Positions 49,610 to 58,910 of a stretch of 64,000 bases of DNA are shown one piece after another. Source of the stretch: Thermoanaerobaculia bacterium (lineage in GTDB: Bacteria; Acidobacteriota; Thermoanaerobaculia; Multivoradales; Multivoraceae); the NCBI GenBank assembly GCA_963664405.1, contig OY761158.1, positions 4,032,001-4,096,000 on the forward strand, read 5' to 3'. The position numbers and the translations under genes were made by a program. Under the pieces are notes generated by a model. The model saw nothing but the letters and a program-made list of their open reading frames with translations. It did not search any database and was not told the origin of the DNA. Position 1 is the first letter of the stretch. Each line of letters begins with the position of its first letter.

Positions 49610-50388
49610 AGCTGCTCTTCGTCGGCGATGTGGTTGGCAAGCCAGGCCGACGGGCACTCCGGCACTTTCTGCCCGAGGTCGTCGATCGTCATCTGGTGGA
49701 CTATGTCGTAGTGAATATCGAGAATGCCGCCGGCGGTTTCGGTGTCACTCCTGACATCCTCACGGAGCTCGGTGAGCTGCCGGTGGATTGCTTCACCAGC
49801 GGCAATCACATCTGGGATAACAAGGCCGGTTTAGCTCTGCTGGACGAGAGGCCGGATCTCCTACGACCCGCCAACTACCCTTCGGCGAATCCAGGGCGAG
49901 GTCTCCACGTCGGTGAGACCGCGGCCGGGGTGGCGGTGGCTACGATCAATTTGGAGGGCCAGGTCTTTATGAAGTCCCTGCCCTCTCCTTTCGAGGCGGC
50001 GGATGAGCTGCTCGCCGAGATTGGCAAGGTCAAAGTGGTTCTCGTCGACTTCCATGCCGAAGCGACGAGCGAAAAGCAGGCGATGGCCTTCTATCTCGAC
50101 GGCCGGGTGTCGGCCGTCCTCGGCACTCATACCCACGTGCCGACGGCAGACGCTCGGGTACTTCCCGGCGGCACCGCTCTCATTACCGACGTTGGAATGA
50201 CGGGTCCCTACGAGTCGATCATCGGCATGCGCGCCGAGAAGGTGTTGCGCCGTTTTCTGCTACAGACTCCGGCTCCTTTCGAAGTCGCCAAGCGAGACGT
50301 ACGTCTCGCCGCCGCCCTGGTCACTATCGACGTGACAACGGGCCACGCGATGGCCGTCGAGCATCTCTTGTTGGAGATGCCGAGCTAA
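49606..50388 (+). CDS. ymdB: YmdB-like metallophosphoesterase
   Basis: GDVVGKPGR, ENAAGG, SGNHIWD, DFHAEATSEK, GTHTHVPT. Confidence 0.93.
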   Translation: MKLLFVGDVVGKPGRRALRHFLPEVVDRHLVDYVVVNIENAAGGFGVTPDILTELGELPVDCFTSGNHIWDNKAGLALLDERPDLLRPANYPSANPGRGLHVGETAAGVAVATINLEGQVFMKSLPSPFEAADELLAEIGKVKVVLVDFHAEATSEKQAMAFYLDGRVSAVLGTHTHVPTADARVLPGGTALITDVGMTGPYESIIGMRAEKVLRRFLLQTPAPFEVAKRDVRLAAALVTIDVTTGHAMAVEHLLLEMPS

Positions 50389-50390
50389 GT

Positions 50391-50570
50391 CGTCCTCGGC
50401 GCCAATGTGCCGCAGCCGTAGGAAATGATAGCCATCATTTCCGTAGACGCGCCGTCCTCGGCGCCAATGTGCCACAGCCGTAGGAAATGATAGCCATCAT
50501 TTCCGTAGACGCGCCGTCCTCGGCGCCAATGTGCCACAGCCGTAGGAAATGATAGCCATCATTTCCGTAG
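50391..50570 (+). repeat. Three tandem 62-bp units (type C) with a GTAG-flanked hairpin
   Basis: cgtcctcggcgcc at 50391, 50453 and 50515; gtag-gaaatgat-agcc-atcatttc-cgtag in each unit. Confidence 0.95.
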
Positions 50571-50604
50571 GCTGGTGTAGGGTAGGTGGCGCAGGAGATC
50601 TCTA

Positions 50605-50859
50605 GTGCCCGTTGACCCCGATCTACTCGCCATCCTGGTGTGCCCGAAGACGAAGGCCAGTCTGGAGGTCGTCGAGCTTCCAGAAGACTGTCGGCAGAAG
50701 TTGATCGAGAAGTACCGGGAGCACTTTCCGGATGAGGAGCCGGTAGTGGCGGAGGGGCTGTACTGCGCCGAATCCCAGCTCGTCTATCCGATCGTTTCCG
50801 ACATCCCGATCATGCTGATCGACGAAGCCCTGCCCGCGGCGTCGGTCAGCTTGGGCTGA
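50605..50859 (+). CDS. Trm112-like protein
   Basis: LLAILVCPKTK...LYC...VYPIVSDIPIMLIDEA. Confidence 0.88.
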   Translation: MPVDPDLLAILVCPKTKASLEVVELPEDCRQKLIEKYREHFPDEEPVVAEGLYCAESQLVYPIVSDIPIMLIDEALPAASVSLG

Positions 50860-50885
50860 TCCCGGCGCTCACGCCGGAGGGAACG

Positions 50886-52076
50886 GTGTGGAGGCAGGAG
50901 ACCCGAGACCGTCGCCCCCGCTTGGAGGGGTTCGGACGAGGCTGTTACGCACTGCACCTCTGGTGCGTTGGTGCGATTGCGGCTTCCAATATTCTCCTCG
51001 GCCTGGCGGGGTTGGCAGCGTTGGCGTCCAGAGACGGAAAGACTGGCTTTTGGCGTCGACACTCACTCTTGCTTCAACCCTTCGCATGGTTCGTGGCTCT
51101 CTTCTGTCTATCGATCGGGTACTCGTATCTGCCGGCTGTGAGTCTTCCTGATCTCGACGATCTCTACTCGCTGCTTCCCTTGCTATTGACCCTCTTCTTC
51201 CTGCGCGGAGAGAGGGACGCCCGACGTGTGGTCAACGGGCTGGTGATCATGGGAGCCGCCCTGGCGGCGATGGGGTTGATCCAGCTCGGAGTAGGCGCCG
51301 CGGGTCTCGACCTCGAGCGCCGCCTGATCGGTCCTTTCTCGCACTACCAGACCTTTGCCGGGGTCCTGCTTCTCTGTGACATGTTGATCCTCGGGCGCGT
51401 TCTCACACGTGGAGTAAGTCGTAGCCCGTGGTCTACAGCGGCCGCCGTCATGCTGACTGCGGCGCTCCTCGCCAATCTCACCCGGGGGCCGTGGGTCGCA
51501 CTTGTCGTCACAGGCCTCGGGCTACTTGCTTTCACTTCGCCCCGCCGCTTGCTCCTGGTGCTGCCAGGCCTCGTTGTTGTCGGGTTGCTCTTGCCGACGG
51601 CGGTTCTCGACCGGGCGAAGAGCATAGTGGATCTGCAGGATGAGTCGAACTACGACCGCCTCTGTATGCTCGAGGCGGGCATCCGCATGATCTCGGAGCG
51701 ACCCCTTTTCGGTCTCGGCCCCAGTGTGGTGGAGGAGCGCTATTCTCTGTACCGGCATCCCACCGCGGTCAACGATCGGCGTCCCCATCTCCATAGTGCA
51801 TACTTGCAGCTTGCGGCGGAGCGCGGTTTGCCATCGGCGGTTCTCTTCGTTGCCATCCTCGCTTTGAGCCTGACGCAGTCATTGCGCAACTACAGGCGCG
51901 ATGGAGGCGCCAGCGGATCTCGTGCAGACCTTCATCTTGGGGCGGCGGCCGCTATAGTGGCATATACTCTGGCGGCACTTTTTGAAGACAGCTGGACCGA
52001 TACCGAGGTTCAGCGCGTCGCGCTCTTCGTCATTGCCCTCCCCTTCAGTCTCAAGCGCCCTGCGGATATCGCGTGA
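50886..52076 (+). CDS. O-antigen ligase / Wzy_C family membrane protein
   Basis: Multi-TM; TRGPW, PLFGLG, HLHSAYLQLAAERG. Confidence 0.85.
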   Translation: MWRQETRDRRPRLEGFGRGCYALHLWCVGAIAASNILLGLAGLAALASRDGKTGFWRRHSLLLQPFAWFVALFCLSIGYSYLPAVSLPDLDDLYSLLPLLLTLFFLRGERDARRVVNGLVIMGAALAAMGLIQLGVGAAGLDLERRLIGPFSHYQTFAGVLLLCDMLILGRVLTRGVSRSPWSTAAAVMLTAALLANLTRGPWVALVVTGLGLLAFTSPRRLLLVLPGLVVVGLLLPTAVLDRAKSIVDLQDESNYDRLCMLEAGIRMISERPLFGLGPSVVEERYSLYRHPTAVNDRRPHLHSAYLQLAAERGLPSAVLFVAILALSLTQSLRNYRRDGGASGSRADLHLGAAAAIVAYTLAALFEDSWTDTEVQRVALFVIALPFSLKRPADIA

Positions 52077-52966
52077 GCCGTTTCTCCAGTTTCATCGCTG
52101 AACTGCGTCCCGAAGTGGACGCAGCCTTGGATCGCCTGCTACCGCCGGTGGAGGCGGAGCCTGCGCGCCTACACGATGCTATGCGCTACTGCATCTTTGC
52201 AGGGGGCAAGCGCTTTCGACCGGCAATGCTGACGCTCGGCGGCGAGATCTACCATGCTCCTCGAGAACTCTTGCTCGGGCCCGCCGCCGCCATGGAGATG
52301 ATCCACACCTTCAGTCTGGTTCACGACGACCTGCCCGCGCTCGATGACGACCGACTTCGTCGTGGTAAGCAGACTGTGCACTTGCGTTTCGACGAGGCCA
52401 CGGCGATTCTGGCCGGCGACGCTCTTTTGAACCAAGCCATTTACTGCCTGTCTCGCGAGCCCGCTGATGCCGATGCCGCCGTGCGCTGTCGTGGGATCGA
52501 GATGGCGGCAGAGGCAGTTGGCAGCTTCGGCATGATCGGGGGCCAGGCGGCGGATATGGAAGCAGAGCGGGAGTGGCCTGCTGATCCGGTCTCGGCGCTC
52601 GAAACGGTTCATCGCCGCAAGACGGGCCAGCTCCTAGTGCTCAGTCTGTGTCTCGGAGGCCTCTACGCAGGCGCCGGCGAGCCGGAGCTGGCATTGCTCA
52701 GAGAGTTGGGGAAACGTATCGGCGTTCTTTTTCAGATTGGCGATGACATTCTCGACGTAGAAGGAGAGAGCGCGGAGCTCGGTAAGACCGCAGGCAAGGA
52801 TCAAGCTGCCGGAAAGTTGACCTACCCGGCACTTTTCGGCCTCGAAGAGAGCCGGCGCAGGCTCTCGCTGCAGGCCGAGGAGACTCTAGCTCTGATCGAG
52901 TCATTTCCTAGCCGCCAAGAGGTCCTCCTGGATCTGGTGCGCTACCTTTTAGAGCGCGATCACTGA
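52073..52966 (+). CDS. ispA: Short-chain polyprenyl (farnesyl) diphosphate synthase
   Basis: GGKRFRP, SLVHDDLPALDDDRLRRG, FQIGDDILD, GKTAGKD. Confidence 0.93.
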   Translation: MSRFSSFIAELRPEVDAALDRLLPPVEAEPARLHDAMRYCIFAGGKRFRPAMLTLGGEIYHAPRELLLGPAAAMEMIHTFSLVHDDLPALDDDRLRRGKQTVHLRFDEATAILAGDALLNQAIYCLSREPADADAAVRCRGIEMAAEAVGSFGMIGGQAADMEAEREWPADPVSALETVHRRKTGQLLVLSLCLGGLYAGAGEPELALLRELGKRIGVLFQIGDDILDVEGESAELGKTAGKDQAAGKLTYPALFGLEESRRRLSLQAEETLALIESFPSRQEVLLDLVRYLLERDH

Positions 52967-52980
52967 ACGGAAGATCGTCG

Positions 52981-53733
52981 ATGAAGGCTTGTTCCAAATC
53001 GGTACGTCTGGACCAGCTGCTGGTCGACCGAGCCGAGTACAGCTCACGTGAGAAAGCGAAGAGAGCAGTGATGGCGGGGTGTGTCGAGGTCGGCGGCCGT
53101 CTTGTCGACAAGCCGGGAACCGGAGTGCCTGTAGGGGCGGATGTTCGTGTATTGAGGCGTAGCGAGCCTTTCGTGTCTAGGGCCGGGCGAAAGCTCGATG
53201 CGGCGCTGGATCGTTTTTGTCTGGATCCTACCGACGCGATTTGTATCGACATTGGGGCGAGTACCGGAGGCTTCACGGACTGCCTGCTCCAGCGCGGTGC
53301 CAAGCGAGTCTACGCCGTCGATGTCGGGCGTGGGCAGCTGGATTTCGCTCTCTACAAAGACTCTCGTGTGGTGGTCATGGATCGAGTGAATGCACGCTAT
53401 CTCGACGCCGACGCCTTTCCCGAAGAGCCGCGGCTGATCACGGTCGATGTCTCTTTCATCTCGCTTCTCAAGGTGGTGCCTGCGCTTCTTCCTCTTCTTG
53501 CGCCGGGGGCAGATCTCGTCACCTTGATCAAGCCTCAGTTCGAAGCTCCGCGAGGAGCACTAGCCAAAGGTGGCATCCTTCGGGATGAGGCGCTCCGGGA
53601 GCAGGTGGTCGACGAGCGCAGCCGGCAGATTGCCGAGCTCGGGTTGGACCTGCTCGGTCTCATGGAGTCGCCGGTGGCGGGCCGCGGAGGCAACAGGGAA
53701 GCCCTCGCACACTTCCGACGAGGAGCACTATGA
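52981..53733 (+). CDS. tlyA: TlyA rRNA methyltransferase
   Basis: RLDQLL, FVSRAG, DIGASTGGFTD, DVSFIS, LIKPQFE. Confidence 0.96.
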   Translation: MKACSKSVRLDQLLVDRAEYSSREKAKRAVMAGCVEVGGRLVDKPGTGVPVGADVRVLRRSEPFVSRAGRKLDAALDRFCLDPTDAICIDIGASTGGFTDCLLQRGAKRVYAVDVGRGQLDFALYKDSRVVVMDRVNARYLDADAFPEEPRLITVDVSFISLLKVVPALLPLLAPGADLVTLIKPQFEAPRGALAKGGILRDEALREQVVDERSRQIAELGLDLLGLMESPVAGRGGNREALAHFRRGAL

Positions 53734-54593
53734 GCCAAGAGTCGCCAATCGAGCGAGTGGCGATTGCCACCAAAGCCGGAAGTCGCGAGGCGATGCGGGT
53801 TGCGGAGGAGCTCTGCGAGTGGCTCGGCCGTCGGGGTCTCGAAGTCGCACTCGACGAGCGAAGCCATCGCGCCCTCGAGCGAGAGAGCGCGGGCGTTTAC
53901 GACCCGGAGCGCGAGTACGATCTTGTACTGGTCCTGGGTGGTGATGGCACCTTGATGTCCGTGGCTCGTGCCCAGACCAAGGGCGTCCCGATCTTAGGAG
54001 TGAACCTTGGAAGTCTTGGCTTCCTGACCGAGATCAACCGAGGAGAGCTCTACCCGTGCATGGTGGAGATCCTGGCTGGCCGTTTCGAGACCGAGTCTCG
54101 ATCTCTGCTCGACATTGAGCTGGAGAGAGCGGGGGGTGGCTCTCTTCGCTATCGGGCGCTCAACGATGTAGTCGTGACCAAGAGCGCACTGGCCCGCATC
54201 CTCGACATCCGGGTCGAGGTGGACCAGCGACTCCTCGCACGCTATCGCTCGGATGGGCTGATTCTGTCGACACCGACCGGATCCACCGCCTACAACTTGT
54301 CGGCTGGAGGACCTATCGTGTTTCCCTCTCTTCCGGTGATCGTGGTGACACCGATCTGCCCCCACACTCTGAATCACCGGCCGCTGGTGATTCCTGAGAC
54401 GAGCCAGGTCGAAGTGAAGCTGGAAACCCAGGACGAGGAGGTTCATCTGACCATCGATGGGCAGGAAGGCACGACCCTGGGGCCCTCAGATCGGGTTCGC
54501 GTTCAGTCGAGCGAGTTCCACGCCAGACTTATCCGCATCAGCGGTCGCACTTTCTACGACGGACTGCGCAGCAAGCTACGCTGGGGAAGCTAG
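53730..54593 (+). CDS. nadK: NAD kinase
   Basis: GGDGT, LGFL, ALNDVV, STPTGSTAYNLSAGG. Confidence 0.97.
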   Translation: MSQESPIERVAIATKAGSREAMRVAEELCEWLGRRGLEVALDERSHRALERESAGVYDPEREYDLVLVLGGDGTLMSVARAQTKGVPILGVNLGSLGFLTEINRGELYPCMVEILAGRFETESRSLLDIELERAGGGSLRYRALNDVVVTKSALARILDIRVEVDQRLLARYRSDGLILSTPTGSTAYNLSAGGPIVFPSLPVIVVTPICPHTLNHRPLVIPETSQVEVKLETQDEEVHLTIDGQEGTTLGPSDRVRVQSSEFHARLIRISGRTFYDGLRSKLRWGS

Positions 54594-54618
54594 TGCCATG
54601 TCGGAGACACGACACTAG
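54590..54618. repeat. 29-bp CTAG-bounded mini-palindrome at the nadK stop
   Basis: ctagtgccatgtc-gga-gacacgacactag; arm resembles the end of E4 (ctagtgtcctgt). Confidence 0.55.
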
Positions 54619-54640
54619 GACCCCGACAACAAAGAAAGTG

Positions 54641-54680
54641 AAGAGGCCCGGGCCCAGGACCTGGCAGCGGACCTCTTTTT
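54641..54680 (+). terminator. Possible intrinsic terminator after nadK
   Basis: aagagg...cctctt stem with inner ccagg/cctgg pairing, followed by a T run. Confidence 0.4.
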
Positions 54681-54733
54681 CGGTCGTCAAGGTAGACGAC
54701 CACTGAAACACCAGAAAGGAACAGGCAACGAAT

Positions 54734-56461
54734 ATGAGTCATCTGATCGATCCCCACGGTGGGGAACTGACCGAACTGTTGGCACCACCGGCGAGACAGG
54801 AGGAGCTGAACGAGCTCTCCCGTGATTGGCCTTCATGGGACCTCACCCCTCGTCAAGTGTGCGACCTAGAACTTCTGATGGTCGGAGGTTTCGCTCCGCT
54901 CACCGGATTCATGACTCGGGAGGAGTCGGAGTCGGTATGCGCTTCGATGCGGCTCCCCGATGGCACCCTCTGGCCGATCCCGATCACTTTGGATCTGACC
55001 GAGGAGGCGGCCGAGGGCCTCGAGATTGGGGGTCAGCTTGCCCTGCGCGATGAGGAGGGGGTGATGCTCGCGGTACTGCACATCGAAGAGATGTGGCACC
55101 ACGATCGCGAGGCTGAGGCGCTCGCCGTGTACGGCACGGAGGACCAGGTACACCCCGGAGTTGCTCACCTCTTCCAGCGCACGAACAACGTCGCCGTGGG
55201 CGGTCGGATAGAGGGCGTGCAGCTGGCTTCACATTACGACTTTCCCGCGCTTCGGCGGACGCCCGCTCAACTTCGTCGTGATTTCGCGACTCTCGGCTGG
55301 CGCCGAGTAGTGGCCTTCCAGACTCGGAATCCGATGCACCGCGCCCACTATGAGCTGACTCTGCGAGCGGCGAAGGAGATCGAGGCCAGTCTTCTGATCC
55401 ATCCGGCGGTAGGCATGACCAAGCCTGGGGACCTGGACCACTACACCCGAGTTCGTTGCTACCAGGAGATTCTTCGCTACTACCCGCGCCAGACTGCGCA
55501 CCTGTCGCTGCTTCCCCTTGCGATGCGGATGGCGGGGCCGCGCGAAGCGCTGTGGCACGCGATCATTCGCAAGAACTATGGTTGCACCCACTTCATCATC
55601 GGTCGAGACCATGCCGGTCCTGGAGACGACTCCGCCGGCAAGCCCTTCTACGGGCCTTATGATGCCCAAGACCTTGTTCGGCTCCATCAAGACGAGCTCG
55701 GGATCGAGATGGTGCCCTTCAGAATGATGGTCTTCGTGGAGGAGCAGGACCAATACGTCCCCATCGACGAAGTGGCCGAGGGAACACGAACTCTCAACAT
55801 CTCCGGCACAGACTTGCGCAAACGCCTGGCGGGCGGTCGCGAGATTCCCAGCTGGTTCACCTTTCCGGAGGTGGTCACAGAGCTACGCCGCACCCATCCG
55901 CCGCGCCACAAGCAGGGGTTCACAGTGTTCTTTACCGGGCTGTCGGGGGCCGGCAAGTCTACGGTGGCTCAAGCGCTGCTTGTGAAGCTGTTGGAAATGG
56001 GTGGCAGACCCGTGACCCTCCTCGACGGCGACGTCGTGCGCAAGAACCTGTCCTCGGAGTTGGGCTTTTCCAAGGAGCACAGAGACATCAATATCCGCCG
56101 CATCGGTTTCGTGGCTTCCGAGATCACGAAGAATGGCGGCATCGCCATCTGTGCTCCGATTGCCCCTTACGAGAAAGTCCGGCAAGAGGTCAAGGAAATG
56201 ATCGTGCCCGCCGGCGGTTTTATTCTGGTCCACGTCTCCACGCCCCTGGATGTGTGCGAGTCTCGGGATCGCAAGGGGCTCTACGCCAAAGCGAGGGCGG
56301 GACTGATCGAGTCTTTCACTGGCATCTCCGATCCTTATGAGGAGCCTACGGATGCAGAGGTTGTTCTGGATACGAGTGACCTGAGTCCGGAGGAGGCCGC
56401 GCAGCAGATCGTGCTTCATATCGAGAAAGATGGCTATATCGGAGGAGGGGACGAGTCGTAG
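54734..56461 (+). CDS. sat-cysC: Bifunctional ATP sulfurylase / APS kinase
   Basis: AFQTRNPMHRAH, GRDHAG, then FTGLSGAGKST, LDGDVVR, KGLYAKAR. Confidence 0.96.
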   Translation: MSHLIDPHGGELTELLAPPARQEELNELSRDWPSWDLTPRQVCDLELLMVGGFAPLTGFMTREESESVCASMRLPDGTLWPIPITLDLTEEAAEGLEIGGQLALRDEEGVMLAVLHIEEMWHHDREAEALAVYGTEDQVHPGVAHLFQRTNNVAVGGRIEGVQLASHYDFPALRRTPAQLRRDFATLGWRRVVAFQTRNPMHRAHYELTLRAAKEIEASLLIHPAVGMTKPGDLDHYTRVRCYQEILRYYPRQTAHLSLLPLAMRMAGPREALWHAIIRKNYGCTHFIIGRDHAGPGDDSAGKPFYGPYDAQDLVRLHQDELGIEMVPFRMMVFVEEQDQYVPIDEVAEGTRTLNISGTDLRKRLAGGREIPSWFTFPEVVTELRRTHPPRHKQGFTVFFTGLSGAGKSTVAQALLVKLLEMGGRPVTLLDGDVVRKNLSSELGFSKEHRDINIRRIGFVASEITKNGGIAICAPIAPYEKVRQEVKEMIVPAGGFILVHVSTPLDVCESRDRKGLYAKARAGLIESFTGISDPYEEPTDAEVVLDTSDLSPEEAAQQIVLHIEKDGYIGGGDES

Positions 56462-56521
56462 GTGAGTGGGTCGACTGGGCAGAGGGAACAGGCCTGAGGC
56501 GGGAGCCTGCGAAGTAGCGCG

Positions 56522-56872
56522 ATGGGCAAGAGAGATTTGGCGCTGGGGTTGTGGTGCTTCCTGGTTGCGGTGGCTCTGCTGATCCCGGGCGACGTGGCCT
56601 CTGCGGACTGGCTGGCTGACGGCGCGAGGTTGGACAAGATCGCGCACTTTGTGCTCTTCCTGGTTCTCGGCATCTTTGCGTTTCGAGCACTTACCGGCCG
56701 TTTCGAGCATGCGCTTCTTCTCGCGGTGGCGCTGAGCGTCGTTTACGGTGCCCTCCTCGAGGTCGCGCAGGGAGCGCTAGGGACTCGTAGCGCTGAGCTC
56801 GGAGATCTTGCGGCCGATGCTCTCGGTAGTGTGTGCTCTGTCTTCTTGGGGCATGCTCCGCGAAGATCATGA
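56522..56872 (+). CDS. VanZ-family membrane protein
   Basis: DKIAHF, EVAQ, RSAELGDLAADALG. Confidence 0.85.
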   Translation: MGKRDLALGLWCFLVAVALLIPGDVASADWLADGARLDKIAHFVLFLVLGIFAFRALTGRFEHALLLAVALSVVYGALLEVAQGALGTRSAELGDLAADALGSVCSVFLGHAPRRS

Positions 56873-58638
56873 AGGAGAAGAAACCCGTTGTGGGCCTCGC
56901 TGAGAGACTTGGACTCGCTGTGGTTTGGGCTCTTGTCTGGGTCCCTCCACTGGTCGTACTTCCAACCGCTCAAGATCCCTTCCGCCTGCCCAAGCTTTTC
57001 GCCGTCGAGCTTCTGGCCCTGCTCTCGCTGGTGCTTCTCTGCCTGCCGCTGCTCTCTCGTAGGTCGCTTTCGGTCCGCCGGTTAATGGCGGTGCCGACCT
57101 TCCTGCCCGCGCTGCTCCTGCTGATATCCGCCACCGTCAGTGGCCTTGGGGCCTACCACCCCGCGCATTGGAGGAGTGCCCTGTTCAGTTTCGGTCTCGG
57201 TCTGACCTGTCTGGTCTGGTGGGGCGTTCAGATTCCAAGATCTTCCCTACGGCGTCTGCTGTCCGCCACCGTGGGCCCGGCCCTCGTGCTCTCCACCCTC
57301 GCTGTGGCTCAATGGCATGGCCTCTATCAGCCCTTTGGCTTTCTCGAAGGTGAGGGGCGGGGCAGGTATGGACTCACTTCATTGGCGGGGAATGTGGGTG
57401 ATCTAGCCTCCTTTTTGGTCCTCCCTCTGGTCATCTGCCAGGCGCAGCTATGGCGTCGGCGGGGAGCGCGGCATAGAGCTCCCTGGCTAAGCGCCGTTCT
57501 CATTTTGAGCTACGCCCTCATCCTCACTCAAACCATGTCCGCCCTCATCGCTGTCGCGGTCGGCAGCTTGGTCTTCTGGTGGCTGGCTCTCGAGCGCCAG
57601 CGCTGGCGCATCGTTCTCCTGCTCCTGATCGGTGTGATTTTGGTGTTGGGGGTTCGCCCCTTGCGCCAGCGCGTTCAGCGCAAGCTCTCTGAGCTCGAGC
57701 GAGGGCAGATATCGGTTGTCTTGAGTGGCCGGACCGAAGCCTGGATGGCGTCGCTGGCCATGGTCGGAGAGAGCCCAGGACTTGGCGTCGGCCACGGCGG
57801 TTTCAGACCGCATTTCGGTGCGGCGAAGCTACGCCTGATCGAGAGCGGGAAAACGTTCCGTTCCGTCGGCGATACCGCGTCCTTTGCCAATGCCCACAAT
57901 GAGTACCTCGAGCTGCTGGCGGAGTGGGGGTTGGTGGGGGCGGTGGGCTTCGTAGTGGCAATGGTGCTTCTGTGTCTACGACTTCGAGAACGGGCCGCTA
58001 AGTCCGAGCGGCTGGACAAGGCGCTTGCCTTCGGCGGGCTCTCGGCCGTTGCCGTGCTCAGTCTTGCCGCTTTTCCGTTACGTCTCGGACCCTCGGGGTA
58101 TCTGGTGGTGCTCTTTGTCGCCTGGATCTTCTCCACAGAGCAGGGGAGGGAGCCAGCAGAAGGATCCGCGCGCATACGCTCCTGGCAGCTGGGTGTGCCT
58201 CTGATCGCTCTCCTCCTGATCGCCCTCGGTGCTCACTTTGGTAGTGCGGGCGACCGGCTCGAGGCTGCGCGCATCTTGCGTACCACGAGCTTGGTTGCGC
58301 AACGTTCAGCACAGCAGGGAGGCCAGGTCCCGGCGATCCTGCGCGCGAATCTTCGACCGCTTCGGCGAGCTCGCGAGCTCGACACCTTGGAAGTTGGCGT
58401 GCCGATGGCTCTCGGGAGTCATTACCTGCTTCTGGGTAATGCCGCCGCCGCCATCGAGTGGTACGAGAAGGCGATTGATCTGGAGCCGCGGCCCAATCTC
58501 TACTTCAATCTTGCGAGGGCCCTTCTGATGGCGGAACGGAGCTCGGAGGCCTTCGAGCACTTGGATTCGGCGGTCAGGCTCGACCCGGCCCTCCGCGAAC
58601 CGTCACGAGCCCTGGGTTGGACACCCGAGCGCATCTAG
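56869..58638 (+). CDS. O-antigen ligase-like protein with C-terminal TPR (possible oligosaccharyltransferase)
   Basis: Multi-TM; DPFRLPK, GVGHGGF, AHNEYLELLAEWG; TPR tail; ATG overlaps the VanZ stop. Confidence 0.82.
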   Translation: MKEKKPVVGLAERLGLAVVWALVWVPPLVVLPTAQDPFRLPKLFAVELLALLSLVLLCLPLLSRRSLSVRRLMAVPTFLPALLLLISATVSGLGAYHPAHWRSALFSFGLGLTCLVWWGVQIPRSSLRRLLSATVGPALVLSTLAVAQWHGLYQPFGFLEGEGRGRYGLTSLAGNVGDLASFLVLPLVICQAQLWRRRGARHRAPWLSAVLILSYALILTQTMSALIAVAVGSLVFWWLALERQRWRIVLLLLIGVILVLGVRPLRQRVQRKLSELERGQISVVLSGRTEAWMASLAMVGESPGLGVGHGGFRPHFGAAKLRLIESGKTFRSVGDTASFANAHNEYLELLAEWGLVGAVGFVVAMVLLCLRLRERAAKSERLDKALAFGGLSAVAVLSLAAFPLRLGPSGYLVVLFVAWIFSTEQGREPAEGSARIRSWQLGVPLIALLLIALGAHFGSAGDRLEAARILRTTSLVAQRSAQQGGQVPAILRANLRPLRRARELDTLEVGVPMALGSHYLLLGNAAAAIEWYEKAIDLEPRPNLYFNLARALLMAERSSEAFEHLDSAVRLDPALREPSRALGWTPERI

Positions 58639-58693
58639 GCCGGGCGCCTAGGGCACTTGATTCGTGCGTCCCGAATGGAGCCATGAGAGAAGG

Positions 58694-58910
58694 CTAGGCT
58701 CCAGAAATGATGGCTATCATTTCCCGCCTAGTTGTCTCTTGGCGCCGAGGACGGCGCACTTGGGCGTAGCTTCCTATTCGCTCACGGAAACGGCTCAGGA
58801 CGAATACTCGGACACGCTCCTAGCCCCGGAAAGCGGGCCTCCGGCCCGTTCTCCGGCCCATCCCCCCCTAAGAACTACTCGCGTGTCCGAATACTCGGAC
58901 ACGCTCCTAG
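58694..58910 (-). repeat. One type-A unit joined to one type-B unit, reverse orientation, CTAG-bounded
   Basis: CTAG at 58694, 58820 and 58907; 58820-58910 matches the 87-bp unit at 2219; 58694-58823 matches the unit at 33600. Confidence 0.93.

Noticed and set aside
50391-50570. CRISPR array
   Set aside because: Segments between the palindromes are near-identical rather than unique spacers, and there are no cas genes; the same holds for the arrays at 2219 and 33332
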